DNA of 26,419 bases from positions 44,035 to 70,453 of the forward strand of contig CM120644.1 of NCBI GenBank assembly GCA_051362555.1, in the 5' to 3' direction. Positions 12,240 through 22,245 of the stretch are shown here, piece by piece. Each line of letters begins with the position of its first letter. The stretch's first letter is position 1. The DNA comes from Lingula anatina (lineage: Eukaryota; Animalia; Brachiopoda). The notes below the pieces were generated by a model. That model did not search any database. It saw only the letters and a program-made list of their open reading frames with translations, and was not told the origin of the DNA. Position numbers and translations under genes: made by a program.

Positions 12240-13601
12240 ATGGCAATATCAACAATTTTAGCATTCACTGGAAAACTAAATGCTTGAGCTACTGCTTTAA
12301 GCGGAAGTTCTACAATAATGGTATTAAGATCCATTGGTGTAGTTAATCCATCTAACTTAGTCTTAAATACAATGTTAAGAGTTATGTTTCCAAGATTAAT
12401 ATACAAATTTCCACAACTTTTAAAGTTATTAGATACTAGAAAAGTAATACTTTCATCTAAATCACCATTTCTTACAGCATTAAGAAAACTTGGAGAAAAA
12501 GATAAAAGATTTCAAAAAATTTTAAATAAAAGAGTAATATCTGCTTTTGTTCAAACTCCAAATAAGTATTTACAATTACAACTTAATCAACTTTTAGGAG
12601 ACGTAGTAAATGCTGCTGTTAAAAAAACAACTGGAAAATCTATTGTTGAAATGTCAAATGGTGCTGTTAAGAAAGTTGATATGAAAACTTTCTATCGTTT
12701 TATTAATAACAAAACACAACAAGGTAGAAAAATATTTATAAGTCAAATTAAAAAAAGACTAGCTACATTACTTAAAAATTGATTGTTATCTATGAAATGA
12801 GTGCCAGTTAATAGTTCTTGGATTAAAGAGATTTTTTATATTCCATATAACCCAAAACTTCCAACAGCTAAAAGAGTTTTATTAACAGAAAAAGAACTAA
12901 GAGAAATGAATTATGGAATGATGTGAACTGTAATTGATAAAGGTGGAAAAATAACTCCAAAAAAGTATGGAGGTATCATTGGTTATCAAGGTGTTAAGAT
13001 TTCTATGATTGAAGAAATGGCAAACTCACCAAAAAATGCTGGTACTGTATATTGACGTAGATATTGAAGAAATAGATTAAATAAGTTTAAAAGATTTTTA
13101 CGTGGTGAAAGAAAAAGAAATAGAAATATAAAAAGAAAAGAAACTAAGGAAAGAATACGTAGAAACAAACAAACAAGACTAATAAAAAAAGGAACAGCAC
13201 AAAGAAATAAAAATAAAAGATTAGAAGATAAATATGAAACAAAGATAAAGAAACGTTCTACTCAATCTTTAAAGACGTTCGAAAAGGCCTTTAAAAGTGG
13301 TGATTTTCAAACGATTTCTCAAATTAAGAGTAAAACTACTAAACTTCAAAATGTTTGAAAGAATAGACGTCTTTCTATAAAAAAACAAATTCAAAAATCA
13401 GGTCTTACATTAACGGCACAACAAGAAACAAGAATATATGGAATTGTAAAATCTAAAAAAACTGGACTTGCATTTAGAAAACATAAGAAAGCAACATTTT
13501 TAAAGACTATTGGAAAGAGCGGTCTACAAAAAACAATTGGATATAGAAGACCAACAAAAGAACAAATAAGAGCTAAGAGAAAATTGAAATTAAAAAAATA
13601 G
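12240..13601 (+). CDS. Highly basic protein with a central KTSC-like domain (453 aa)
   Basis: WVPVNSSWIKEIFY...GYQGVKISMIEEMANSPKNAGTVYWRRY resembles the KTSC pattern; K/R-rich C-terminal ~175 aa. Confidence 0.72.
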
Positions 13602-13614
13602 TGTATAATTGATT

Positions 13615-13882
13615 TGATTATTTCGACGATACTGTAAATAATTGTCCCCGTCACTGAGACACAATTTTCAGTGGCTATTCTAGTTATACTTGTAAGTGAA
13701 AACTTATTTAAAAAGATGGTTACTAGGACCAACAGCAATGAGAAGAGTTCTCTACATTATTTAAACGTATGCTGTGCGGATGTAGAGTATCTCTTTTCGA
13801 TTTTGGGGAAAGATTGTATAGTTTAGGAATATACTCCGGAACAGCTGCCGGATTGTTGGATCGTATCCAACCTCCCCAACCA
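13615..13882 (+). ncRNA. Structured non-coding RNA with a 3' tRNA-like domain (5' end approximate)
   Basis: TATAAT at 13604; three multi-stem hairpins including a GAAA tetraloop; cloverleaf ending in CCA; terminator follows. Confidence 0.65.
13804..13882 (+). tRNA. Non-canonical tRNA-like element, no assignable anticodon
   Basis: TGGGGA/TCCCCA acceptor + A + CCA; GTATA/TATAC D arm with GG in the loop; TCCGG/CCGGA arm with 8-nt loop; GTTGG-ATCGTAT-CCAAC T arm. Confidence 0.7.
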
Positions 13883-13894
13883 TTAAAATATAAC

Positions 13895-13943
13895 ATAGAC
13901 TAAGTTGCGTTATTTTCCTTTCTCAACTTAGTCTATTTTTTTT
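13895..13943 (+). terminator. Rho-independent terminator
   Basis: 13-bp perfect stem ATAGACTAAGTTG/CAACTTAGTCTAT followed by T7. Confidence 0.85.
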
Positions 13944-13969
13944 ACAACATAATTTTTTTATGATATACT
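13941..13969 (+). promoter_or_regulatory. Sigma-A promoter for the DNA-metabolism operon
   Basis: TTTACA-17 bp-TATACT with extended TG; AGAAAGGA RBS downstream. Confidence 0.75.
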
Positions 13970-14001
13970 TTTAAGTGACATAGTCAAAGAAAGGAAAAAA
14001 A

Positions 14002-14142
14002 ATGAAAAAAAGATACAGCCATTATCAAATGGAAATATTGTGTACGAGCATATGAGAAGGAATATGTGTGGAATGTGGAGAATTGGTGGATGACGAAACA
14101 ATCGATACAGGTTATTGTAGAGAATGTTGATTAAATAGATAA
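14002..14142 (+). CDS. Small Zn-finger protein (46 aa)
   Basis: CVEC...CREC; strong RBS. Confidence 0.7.
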
Positions 14143-14143
14143 T

Positions 14144-14809
14144 ATGATTTGCGAAAAACAAGAAATAATTAAGAGAAAGTGAAAATATGATTTGATTTTT
14201 AATGAAAAAACTCAAACATATACAAATCCTAATAATAAATATACAATTAGAGTTTCTCAATTATCTAATTATTCTAAAAAGTATTTTGAATTATTTGTTG
14301 AACAAGGTGGACCAATCGCAAGAGAGGTTTTAAGTAAAGCTATTGCTAGAGGAAATGTATTGCATAAAGTATTTCAACTATTAATAACTGGAAAAAATAA
14401 TCATTTGCATAATGTTTTAAATAAAAAACAAGCAGAGAAAACCATATCAAAAAATACAATGAATAAAGTTATTATTCTTTCTAATTTTTGAATGGAACAA
14501 AAAGATAGATATCAATGATTATTAAGTGAAGAACCATTAATGGCAGATATTAAAAAAAAGTCTCAATTGGGAGTAGTTGGTACAGTAGATGCTGTTCTTT
14601 ATGATAAAAAAACTGATAAAGTAATAGTTGTAGACTTAAAGACTACTAAATCTGAGCCAGTTCTTAATGTTATATGGTGAAAATACATAGTAAATATGAT
14701 TTCATATAAACGTTTACTTACAGATAATTTTAATACAGATAAAGAAATAACTATGGAGTTATGATTTATAGAAAAGCACGGAGTAGTAAGAAAAGAAATA
14801 TATGTTTAA
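14144..14809 (+). CDS. PD-(D/E)XK exonuclease, RecB/Cas4-like fold (221 aa)
   Basis: ARGNVLH, SEEPL, GTVDAV and VDLKT motifs. Confidence 0.85.
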
Positions 14810-15062
14810 TTTTTTTAAGAAAAGAAAGACTTATACAGAGATAGCTTATAGAAAAGTCAAAGAAAGGGATAGATATGAAAGAAAGTTGTTTTTAGCATCT
14901 AAAAGTGATAATGAATTAAAAAAACATTTAGAGAGAATAAAAGTGTTACTAAATAAAGAAAAGACTTTATGAATTCAAAAATCACAAGATATAGATGACG
15001 GAGATAGAGATGTCGATTTAATCAAAGAGATTTTAAATGAAAGGGAAAATAATGACAAATAA
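14802..15062 (+). CDS. Hypothetical protein (86 aa)
   Basis: Open in code 4; overlaps both neighbours. Confidence 0.65.
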
Positions 15063-15315
15063 AATAAGATTAAAAGAAATTAATTTAATTGCAAGATGCA
15101 AAGATTGTGGAGGAAAATTAGAATTAACATTAGAAAATATAACAATTGATTTAGAATATATGAGCAGTATAGAGGCTTTTGCTCTATACAATCCAGATGA
15201 ATTATATGAAAGATTAAAATGTGAATGTGTAAGAGATAGAGAAGAAGCAGAAAAAGCAATGGTTAAACCAACAATAGATAAAATTAAAGACAAAGATGAG
15301 GAGGATTACGAATAA
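15052..15315 (+). CDS. Hypothetical Cys-containing protein (87 aa)
   Basis: CKDC...CEC; GAAAGGG RBS. Confidence 0.7.
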   Translation: MTNKIRLKEINLIARCKDCGGKLELTLENITIDLEYMSSIEAFALYNPDELYERLKCECVRDREEAEKAMVKPTIDKIKDKDEEDYE

Positions 15316-15641
15316 TGGAAAACGTTTATGCATTATTAATACAAACAAAAAAAGAAATAGATAGATTAAAAAAAGAATATGACTATTTCAAGGGACAAGC
15401 ATTAGAACAAATGAAAGCAAGTGATTTAACTGCTATCAATGCGGGAGACTATACAATTGTTTTAAAGAAATCACATATAAAAAAGACAATTGCATATAGA
15501 AAAGTCTTAGATTTAATAGATGTTCCAACAAAGATTAAAGATGATTTAATTAAAAAATATACAACAGAAACATTAGTTGGAGAGGTTATTTCAGTCATAT
15601 TTACAAATAAAAAAAAGATAGAGGAGAATAAAAATGCTTAA
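15315..15641 (+). CDS. Hypothetical phage protein (108 aa)
   Basis: TAATG coupling; coiled-coil N-terminus. Confidence 0.7.
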   Translation: MENVYALLIQTKKEIDRLKKEYDYFKGQALEQMKASDLTAINAGDYTIVLKKSHIKKTIAYRKVLDLIDVPTKIKDDLIKKYTTETLVGEVISVIFTNKKKIEENKNA

Positions 15642-15783
15642 CTTAATAAAAGTAAAAAATATTGAAAATAAAAAATGCTCGGATTGTAATAAAGTAAAAG
15701 AATACTTATACAAATTTGAGAAAAGTTATTTTAATTTTTTACATTGTAAAGAGTGTTTAGATAGTGAGTTAGGAGGATTTTAA
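15634..15783 (+). CDS. Small Zn-finger protein (49 aa)
   Basis: CSDC...CKEC; GAGGAG RBS. Confidence 0.65.
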   Translation: MLNLIKVKNIENKKCSDCNKVKEYLYKFEKSYFNFLHCKECLDSELGGF

Positions 15784-16262
15784 TGAATATTTATGTAAAA
15801 ATAGCGCAAGCACAAGAGGCTCTTAGAAAGTTAAAAAGACCAAATTTAGAACCAAATAATTTTTTAGGTAGTGAATACATTTCTTGGGACGGAAATAATG
15901 AAATATATATTCCTGGTTTATGAGAAAGTGGTTTATCAGTATTATTTGAAACTAAATTATTAACTGGGGGTTACCAAGAAACAATTAACAAGAAAACTCA
16001 AAAAAAAGAAGGTTCTTGATGAGCTGTTGGAGATGGTAAGATGAAAATCATTGAAAGAGATACTGGTGTAACACTAGAAATTAATGGTGGAATTGCTGGA
16101 AGTAATGGAAGAGGTTTAGACTTTGCTTGAAAAAGTGCAGTAACTTACTTTAAAAGAACTAAGTTTGAAGATGTATTCTTAACAGGTAAAACTATTGGAG
16201 AGGATCCAGAAAATCCAAAGGCAGATAAAGATAGATATGATGCTGATGAATGAAAGAAATAA
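15783..16262 (+). CDS. erf: ERF-family ssDNA annealing protein (159 aa)
   Basis: MNIYVKIAQAQ N-terminus; KSAVTYFKR resembles the ERF GSAxTYxxR motif; EDPE tail; AGGAGG RBS. Confidence 0.75.
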
Positions 16263-16264
16263 TA

Positions 16265-16654
16265 ATGGCAACTAAAATAAAAGACCCTATTATAAATTTA
16301 AGAGTTTATATTCCAATTAAAATCAAAGAGGAACTAAACTTTTTTAAAAGAATAGATAAAAATGGAGACAAATTTGTATATGTTAGAGGAGTTATTTCAT
16401 ATGGTAAAGATAGAGAGGATATGAAACGTTGAATAAGTATCTTTTTTAGAGACGAAAGAGTAATAGAAAGAGTATTAAATTTTGTTGATAAAAAAACTGG
16501 TAGATATTTAATATTAGGAAATAATGTTCTACTTACAGGTTTTAAAGAAACCAAAGTATCTGTATATGATGGTGAATTAGAAGAAAGTATATCTGCATAT
16601 CATTTTGAACCAGTTTTTTCAATGCAAAAAAAAGAGGATTATGAAAGTAATTAG
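16265..16654 (+). CDS. SSB-like OB-fold protein (129 aa)
   Basis: WISIFF...LILGNNVLLTG pattern; lies next to ERF. Confidence 0.55.
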
Positions 16655-17287
16655 ATTATCATTATATAAGAATAATATTTTCTACATATCCATTGACCCT
16701 GGGAGAAATCTCGGGGTCTGCCTATCTTACAATTGAGATGTAAATGGATTTGAGGCAGACTATGATAGTGTTCAAGATGTACTAACAGATGGAATTAGAG
16801 AACAAATATATACAATTGAAAATTATTGAGTTGATAAACTTGTACGTGAAGCAAATGTTATAGATAAAATTGTATTAATTATAGCTCCAACAAGAAAGTT
16901 TCCAACGTCTTTGACTACTAGAAAGATAAATGCACAAGTAGAAATGTGAAAGATAGAAACCAGAAAATTAGCAGAAAAACATAATTGAGGTTTTGAATGT
17001 GTAGAAATAAATGAATATGCAGCATTTAAATATTTATTTGCTTCAGTAAATATGACTTGACGCGGAGAAAAATCTTTAAAAGAGTTTTTAATTCCATATT
17101 ATTTAGCAGATAAAAAGGATAAAAAACATAACAAAAAGAGAGTAAGACACGTTCTTATTAAGAATGAAAACACGCTCATTTAAACAATAATACTGAAATT
17201 GATGTATTAATTGAAAATAATCTTAATCATAATTTTAGAGATGCTCTTATGTTTTTGATATATCACTTAAGAAATTGACCGACATAA
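16641..17287 (+). pseudogene. RuvC-like Holliday junction resolvase, frameshifted near 17160-17180
   Basis: N-terminal ISIDPGRNLGV; frame stops at 17183, while the C-terminal NHNFRDAL lies in the -1 frame ending at 17287. Confidence 0.65.
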
Positions 17288-17664
17288 TGATTAAACTATT
17301 AAAAATAAATACATTTCAAGCTACAATCTTTATAAAATCTCATTTTGTAGGAATGGTAAATAAAGACGGACTATTTTCTAAATTTTGATATGAAGTAACT
17401 TTATTAAATAGAGATGGATTTGAGGACCATTCATTCTTAATGTGTTTTTCAGATATAGATGAAACAGAGAAACATAAAATGAGACGAAATTATAGATTGG
17501 CAGTAGGTAACATAGTTTATGTAACGGGAGAATTTTTATATACATATGCACCATCATATGTAGAAATAAGTATAAGACCTAAATTAATGTTGATTTTATT
17601 TGTAAATAGTTGAAGAACTTGTCAAGTCATAAAGAATGTAAATAAAGTGGAGTTAAATGTCTAA
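17287..17664 (+). CDS. Second OB-fold-like protein (125 aa)
   Basis: LAVGNIVYVTGEF motif; TAATG coupling. Confidence 0.55.
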
Positions 17665-17759
17665 TGTATTTTAATAGATGTATAAAATGTAAACTTTTAT
17701 TTCCAGCAAAGATAGAATTTGTAACAATATGTCCGATGTGTGTAAGAGGACAAACATAA
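17664..17759 (+). CDS. Zn-ribbon micro-protein (31 aa)
   Basis: CIKC...CPMC; GGAG RBS. Confidence 0.55.
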   Translation: MYFNRCIKCKLLFPAKIEFVTICPMCVRGQT

Positions 17760-17820
17760 TGGAAAAAAGTATTACCAACATTTCCAAATAATGGAAATAA
17801 TGGAAAAGAAAGGAAAGATA

Positions 17821-18111
17821 ATGAAATTAACAATAAAAGAAACTAACGATATATTAAAAGAATGTTTAACAGAAAGCGAAATAGATGTTATTAATAGAAT
17901 AACACATACCGACTTTTTAAAACTAACACAAACAAGAAAAATAGAGGAATTAGGATTAGTAATTGGAAAAGGAGATATGTTAATTAGAGTTATGGGCGCA
18001 TATCATATGAAAGATAGTATTGATATTTGTAGAAAAGCATTAAAACTTATATATGACGATAAGATTTTTAAAAAAATTGCAAAAAAATATCCAGATAGAC
18101 CTAGTTATTAA
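17821..18111 (+). CDS. Hypothetical protein (96 aa)
   Basis: AGAAAGGA RBS. Confidence 0.65.
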   Translation: MKLTIKETNDILKECLTESEIDVINRITHTDFLKLTQTRKIEELGLVIGKGDMLIRVMGAYHMKDSIDICRKALKLIYDDKIFKKIAKKYPDRPSY

Positions 18112-18124
18112 GAAAGGAAAAGAA

Positions 18125-18271
18125 ATGAAAAATTGATTTAAAGATAAAACAATACACGATTTATTTATATATTCTGTTGCATTTTGTGGAATTATTGTAT
18201 TTATTTCATTTGCTCTTTTTTTAGTTTTTTTATTAGGCTATGCAATAGCACAATTAATTATTAATTTTTAA
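18125..18271 (+). CDS. Small membrane protein (48 aa)
   Basis: AGAAAGGA RBS; long hydrophobic stretch. Confidence 0.6.
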
Positions 18272-18283
18272 GAAAGGAAAAGA

Positions 18284-18855
18284 ATGAATAAAAATATGAT
18301 GTTAGAGGTTAAAAGTGGAGATGATTTATGAAAACACCAGATTATGCTGTTGAAATAATCATTCCATTTTTACAAGAAAGATTTAAAGGAAAGATAATAT
18401 GATGTCCTTTTGATAAAGCTGATAGTCCATATGTAAGATTACTTCTATATGCTGGTTTTAGAGTAATATATTCACATATAAACGACGATAAAGACTTTTT
18501 TACATATAAACCTAAAAAGTTTGACTTAATAGTAAGTAACCCACCTTGAAGTATTAAAGATAAGGTATTACAACGTTGTTATGATTTAAAGAAACCATTT
18601 GCTTTGTTATTACCAATACATAGTATCAGTGGTAAGTTTAGATGAGAAATGTTTAGTAAGAATAAACTGCAACTATTAATGTCACGTGAAAGAATTAATT
18701 ACATACATACTAAACCGCAAAAGTTTAAGAGAGCACCATTTGAAAGCGCATACTTTGCTTATAGAATATTCAAAAAACCTTTGAACTGAGAAAAAACCCA
18801 GGTGGGGGTCCCTATTAGTGATTGAAAAATAGTAGGTAATAATTCGAGTGTCTAA
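18284..18855 (+). CDS. Phage N6-adenine DNA methyltransferase; frameshift at ~18332 or shortened start at ATG 18328
   Basis: IWCPFD, DFF, IVSNPPW and KPFALLLP motifs; upstream SGDDLWK is one base out of frame with TPDYAV. Confidence 0.8.
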
Positions 18856-18944
18856 AATATATTATGATTTGTTAAATTATAAAAAAATTTTTGGTGTGGT
18901 ATAGGTAGTAAAAAAAGTTTTTATTTTGAAAATAAAAAAATAAA

Positions 18945-19703
18945 ATGATTTTAGTAAGTGTTAAAAAGCACAATGAAAGAAAGGAGTTAATAGATATCAG
19001 CAAGAAAATAAGATGTGATTTTTGTTATAGATTATTTAAACAAGTGGAAAATGAGAGTAAATGTAAAGATTGTTCTAAACATATTCTTTTATGTAAAGCT
19101 TGTAAATTAGTCCCAGCAGAACATAATTTATGCTCTTGTTGTTATTTATGTTGTAAATGTCAAAAGAGGGGAAAAATACAATCAATGAATTATGATTATG
19201 ATAGTGTAATGATGAGCACTAAAAAAGCTATTTGCTTTAAATGTGGAGTTAATGTGGCAAATAATCCAAAACTTACAAGTTATATAAATCAAGTTAACCA
19301 TAAATTATTATGTGGAAATTGTTATAAAACTTATAAAGAGGATGATAAAAAATATTTTAATAAAGGAGCATTTAGAACACAAATATTTAAATCAGTAGAC
19401 AATGTAGATGAGTTAATTAAATTAATGGAGGTTGAAAGTCAAGTTGAAGGCATTGAAGGTGAAATAAGAGCATTAAAAATGGTGGCAGAATGACTTAATA
19501 AAGAAACTGAAACAGACATTCCATTAAAGGAAAAAATATTTAATTTCATTTCATATCATTTAAATAAAAATAGAAATGCTAGAAGGGGAGGTCTTTGTAT
19601 TTTAAGAGATGCACTAGAAGAAACTAAAAAAAAGTTAGATAAAAAAAAAGATAAAGTGGTTGAGAAAAGAGATGGTATTACTGAGAAAGTGAAAAAAGAA
19701 TAA
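18945..19703 (+). CDS. Cys-rich multi-Zn-finger protein (up to 252 aa; start uncertain)
   Basis: About seven CxxC-type pairs; continues past TGA 19491. Confidence 0.65.
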
Positions 19704-19901
19704 ATGGAAAAAGTATTAGATATTTTATGTATTGTTATAGATAAAAAAGCTTTTGAATGTGATGATTGTAGCAGAGCTCCTATCATTCAAGTTATAGAGA
19801 ATGATAAAGTTGGTTTTTATTGTGAAAAATGTTTTACAAGAGCTCACAGAGAACTTTGTGAAAAATTAAAAACCAAAATGTGAAAAAGCAGAATTATTTA
19901 A
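19704..19901 (+). CDS. Zn-finger protein (65 aa; possibly frameshift-truncated)
   Basis: CDDC...CEKC. Confidence 0.55.
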
Positions 19902-19954
19902 TCAAGCATTAAATATATTAGATGTAAGAGAAAAGAAAGGAAATAAAGAATAAT

Positions 19955-21667
19955 ATGACAGATATAAAAGAAACAAATCCTAAAATGGGATTAAAAGAAA
20001 AAGGTGTAGCAGCTGGTTTAGGAGTATTAGCTATAACTGGTCTTGCTGTTGGTATTGCAGGAACAGATAAAGTACATAGACTTGAAACAGAATTAAAAAA
20101 AGAAATCAAAGCTACAAAAAAACAAACTGGACCTAAAGGTGAAACTGGTGATAGAGGACCAGAAGGACCAAGAGGACCAATGGGGGATAGAGGTAAAACT
20201 GGTGTTAAAGGAGATAAAGGTGAAAAAGGTGATACTGGAAAAGATGGTAAAACTGGTAAAACTGGTCCCTAGAGGAGTGAAAGGTGAACCTGGACCAAAA
20301 GGTGATAAGGGAGAACCTGGGTAAACCTGGAGAAAGTGGACAACAAGGACCTCAAGGAATTAAAGGAGACACTGGAGCTCCTGGACCAACTGGATTACCA
20401 GGATTAGATGGGTTACCAGGACCACAAGGACCAAGAGGTAATACAGGTGAAAGAGGACCACAAGGACTACAAGGACCAAGAGGATTTACTGGTAAAACTG
20501 GACCAGTAGGACCACAAGGACCAAGAGGTGAAAAAGGTAAGTTTGAAACAGAATATAAAGCAAAAGTAGATGTTTTATTAAAATCATTTGATGATTTAAG
20601 AACAAAAATAGATAATCATATAGGTAAATATAAGGAATTAAAAAGTGATTTTAGAACTTTAAAATATAGATATGAAGGAACTGATGGAGATGTTGTTGAT
20701 ATTTCAGATGAAATTAAAGAATTAAAAAACAAAATTAATACAATGTCAACAGAGGAATATTTTGATGAATACTTTGAAGGTAGAGTTCAAGAGATAGCTG
20801 ACTATGTTTTTGAAGGACTAATTAAAAGTTTAGAAAAAGGTAAAGAAAAAGTAAAAGAAAAAGATACAGACTGATTTAGAAAAGCAAGTGATATTTCACA
20901 TAAAGAAACTTGAGGAAAAGCACAAACACCAAGAGATGATCCAAGTGTTAATTTATATAAAAAAAATAGAAACTTTAAAAGAAAAAAATGGATGATTAGA
21001 GTTAAAAATATCACAAAAAGAAAGTGAATTAAAAAGTATTAATAAAAAATATGAATATGCTTTATTTTTAAATAAAAAGATTTCTAAATTAAAAAAAATA
21101 ATAGAACATTCTAAACAAGCATTTAAGTTAAAAGATGAAATTATCGCTAAAGCAGCAGAGAGAGTTGAAAACTTAGAAAATGATAAACTAGCTTTGGATG
21201 GTCAATTAAATATCAAAGAAAAAGAATTAGATAAATTAAAAATTGATTTAGCAGCATTAAAACAAGAAAAAACTCATATAGAAAATACTTTAAATACTGA
21301 AATTAGTAGATTAAAATCTAAAAGTTCTAACAAAGAACAACTAGATGATTTACATAAAGCAATAGCAAATGATGCTTTCTTACTTAAAAAAATGAGTAGT
21401 AAAACTTTAAAACAAAATGAACTTTTAGAGTTTGCTAAATCATTTATTTTTGATATTATGAAAACAAAAGCTAAAATGGTAAATCACTTTAAAGTTTGAC
21501 ATTATGGAACTTTTCAAATATCATTATCAACATTAGAAAACTGAGTTCAATTTAGAGCTTTGGTATTAGATCCTAATGCCAAAGTTGGTGATACTAAATG
21601 AATAAATGGTGAATGTAAATATGAAGATGTTGGTTTAACATTTGAACCTGAAAAAACAGGTGAATAA
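19955..21667 (+). pseudogene. Membrane-anchored collagen/coiled-coil protein (~569 aa) split by three +1 frameshifts
   Basis: N-terminal TM segment; Gly-X-Y register continues across CCC-TAG (20267) and GGG-TAA (20319); coiled coil continues across A8 (20959-20966). Confidence 0.75.
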
Positions 21668-21682
21668 GAAAGGGTAACACTT

Positions 21683-21729
21683 ATGGGGCTGAACTATTAT
21701 ATTTAATAATGGTCTTGCCCCATTGTTTT
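21683..21729 (+). terminator. Stem-loop, possible terminator
   Basis: ATGGGGC...GCCCCAT followed by TGTTTT. Confidence 0.45.
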
Positions 21730-22245
21730 AAATCAAGTGATTATTAGAAAAATTGATTGAACCCTGATTAAAAGTGCTAATTCTTTAAAACAAAAATTAA
21801 AAGATAATTGTATTTATGTTGGCTCAGTGGTTGAAATCAAAGAGATAATTTGCCATAAAGATACTAAGTATTTTCTTAGTTAGATTAAAAAAGAAAGGAA
21901 ATGTTAAATATTGCTGTTATACAATTTTAAGTCATAGATTAGTTCATTGTGTATTGAATAACAAGAAACAATTTATGGATGATTTAAATGGCATTATGAA
22001 ATAAAAAATGAAAAACACACAAAAAATATATTATATAAAACAAAATAAAAAAAGCACTTTTGAATGTGGAGACAAAAATGGTAATTGTTGTAATGATGCT
22101 ATAGTTTGATATGAGTGTATTTTTATATTGTATGGAATGTTATAAAAGATTAATTCTTAAAATGAAACTCAAAGAGACATATACATAAAAGATACAAACA
22201 CACTTAAAGATGCATTAGATGAAATAGAAAAAGAAAGTAAAGAAA

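Noticed and set aside
13835-13852. Quadruplet suppressor tRNA rescuing the +1 frameshifts
   Set aside because: The 8-nt loop (AACAGCTG) lacks U33 and is not complementary to CCCT, GGGT or AAAA
13615-13882. tmRNA, or a hammerhead/HDV-like (theta) ribozyme
   Set aside because: No G3-U70 Ala acceptor enclosing a tag frame; ribozyme core consensus could not be fitted by eye
14144-14809. CRISPR-associated Cas4
   Set aside because: No Fe-S cysteine set, no array and no other cas genes
17179-17185. TTTAAAC -1 slippery heptamer in the RuvC-like gene
   Set aside because: It is in the wrong phase relative to the upstream frame (reads ATT TAA)
9709-20545. Diversity-generating retroelement linking the two collagen regions
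   Set aside because: No reverse transcriptase; the similarity reflects Gly-X-Y coding only
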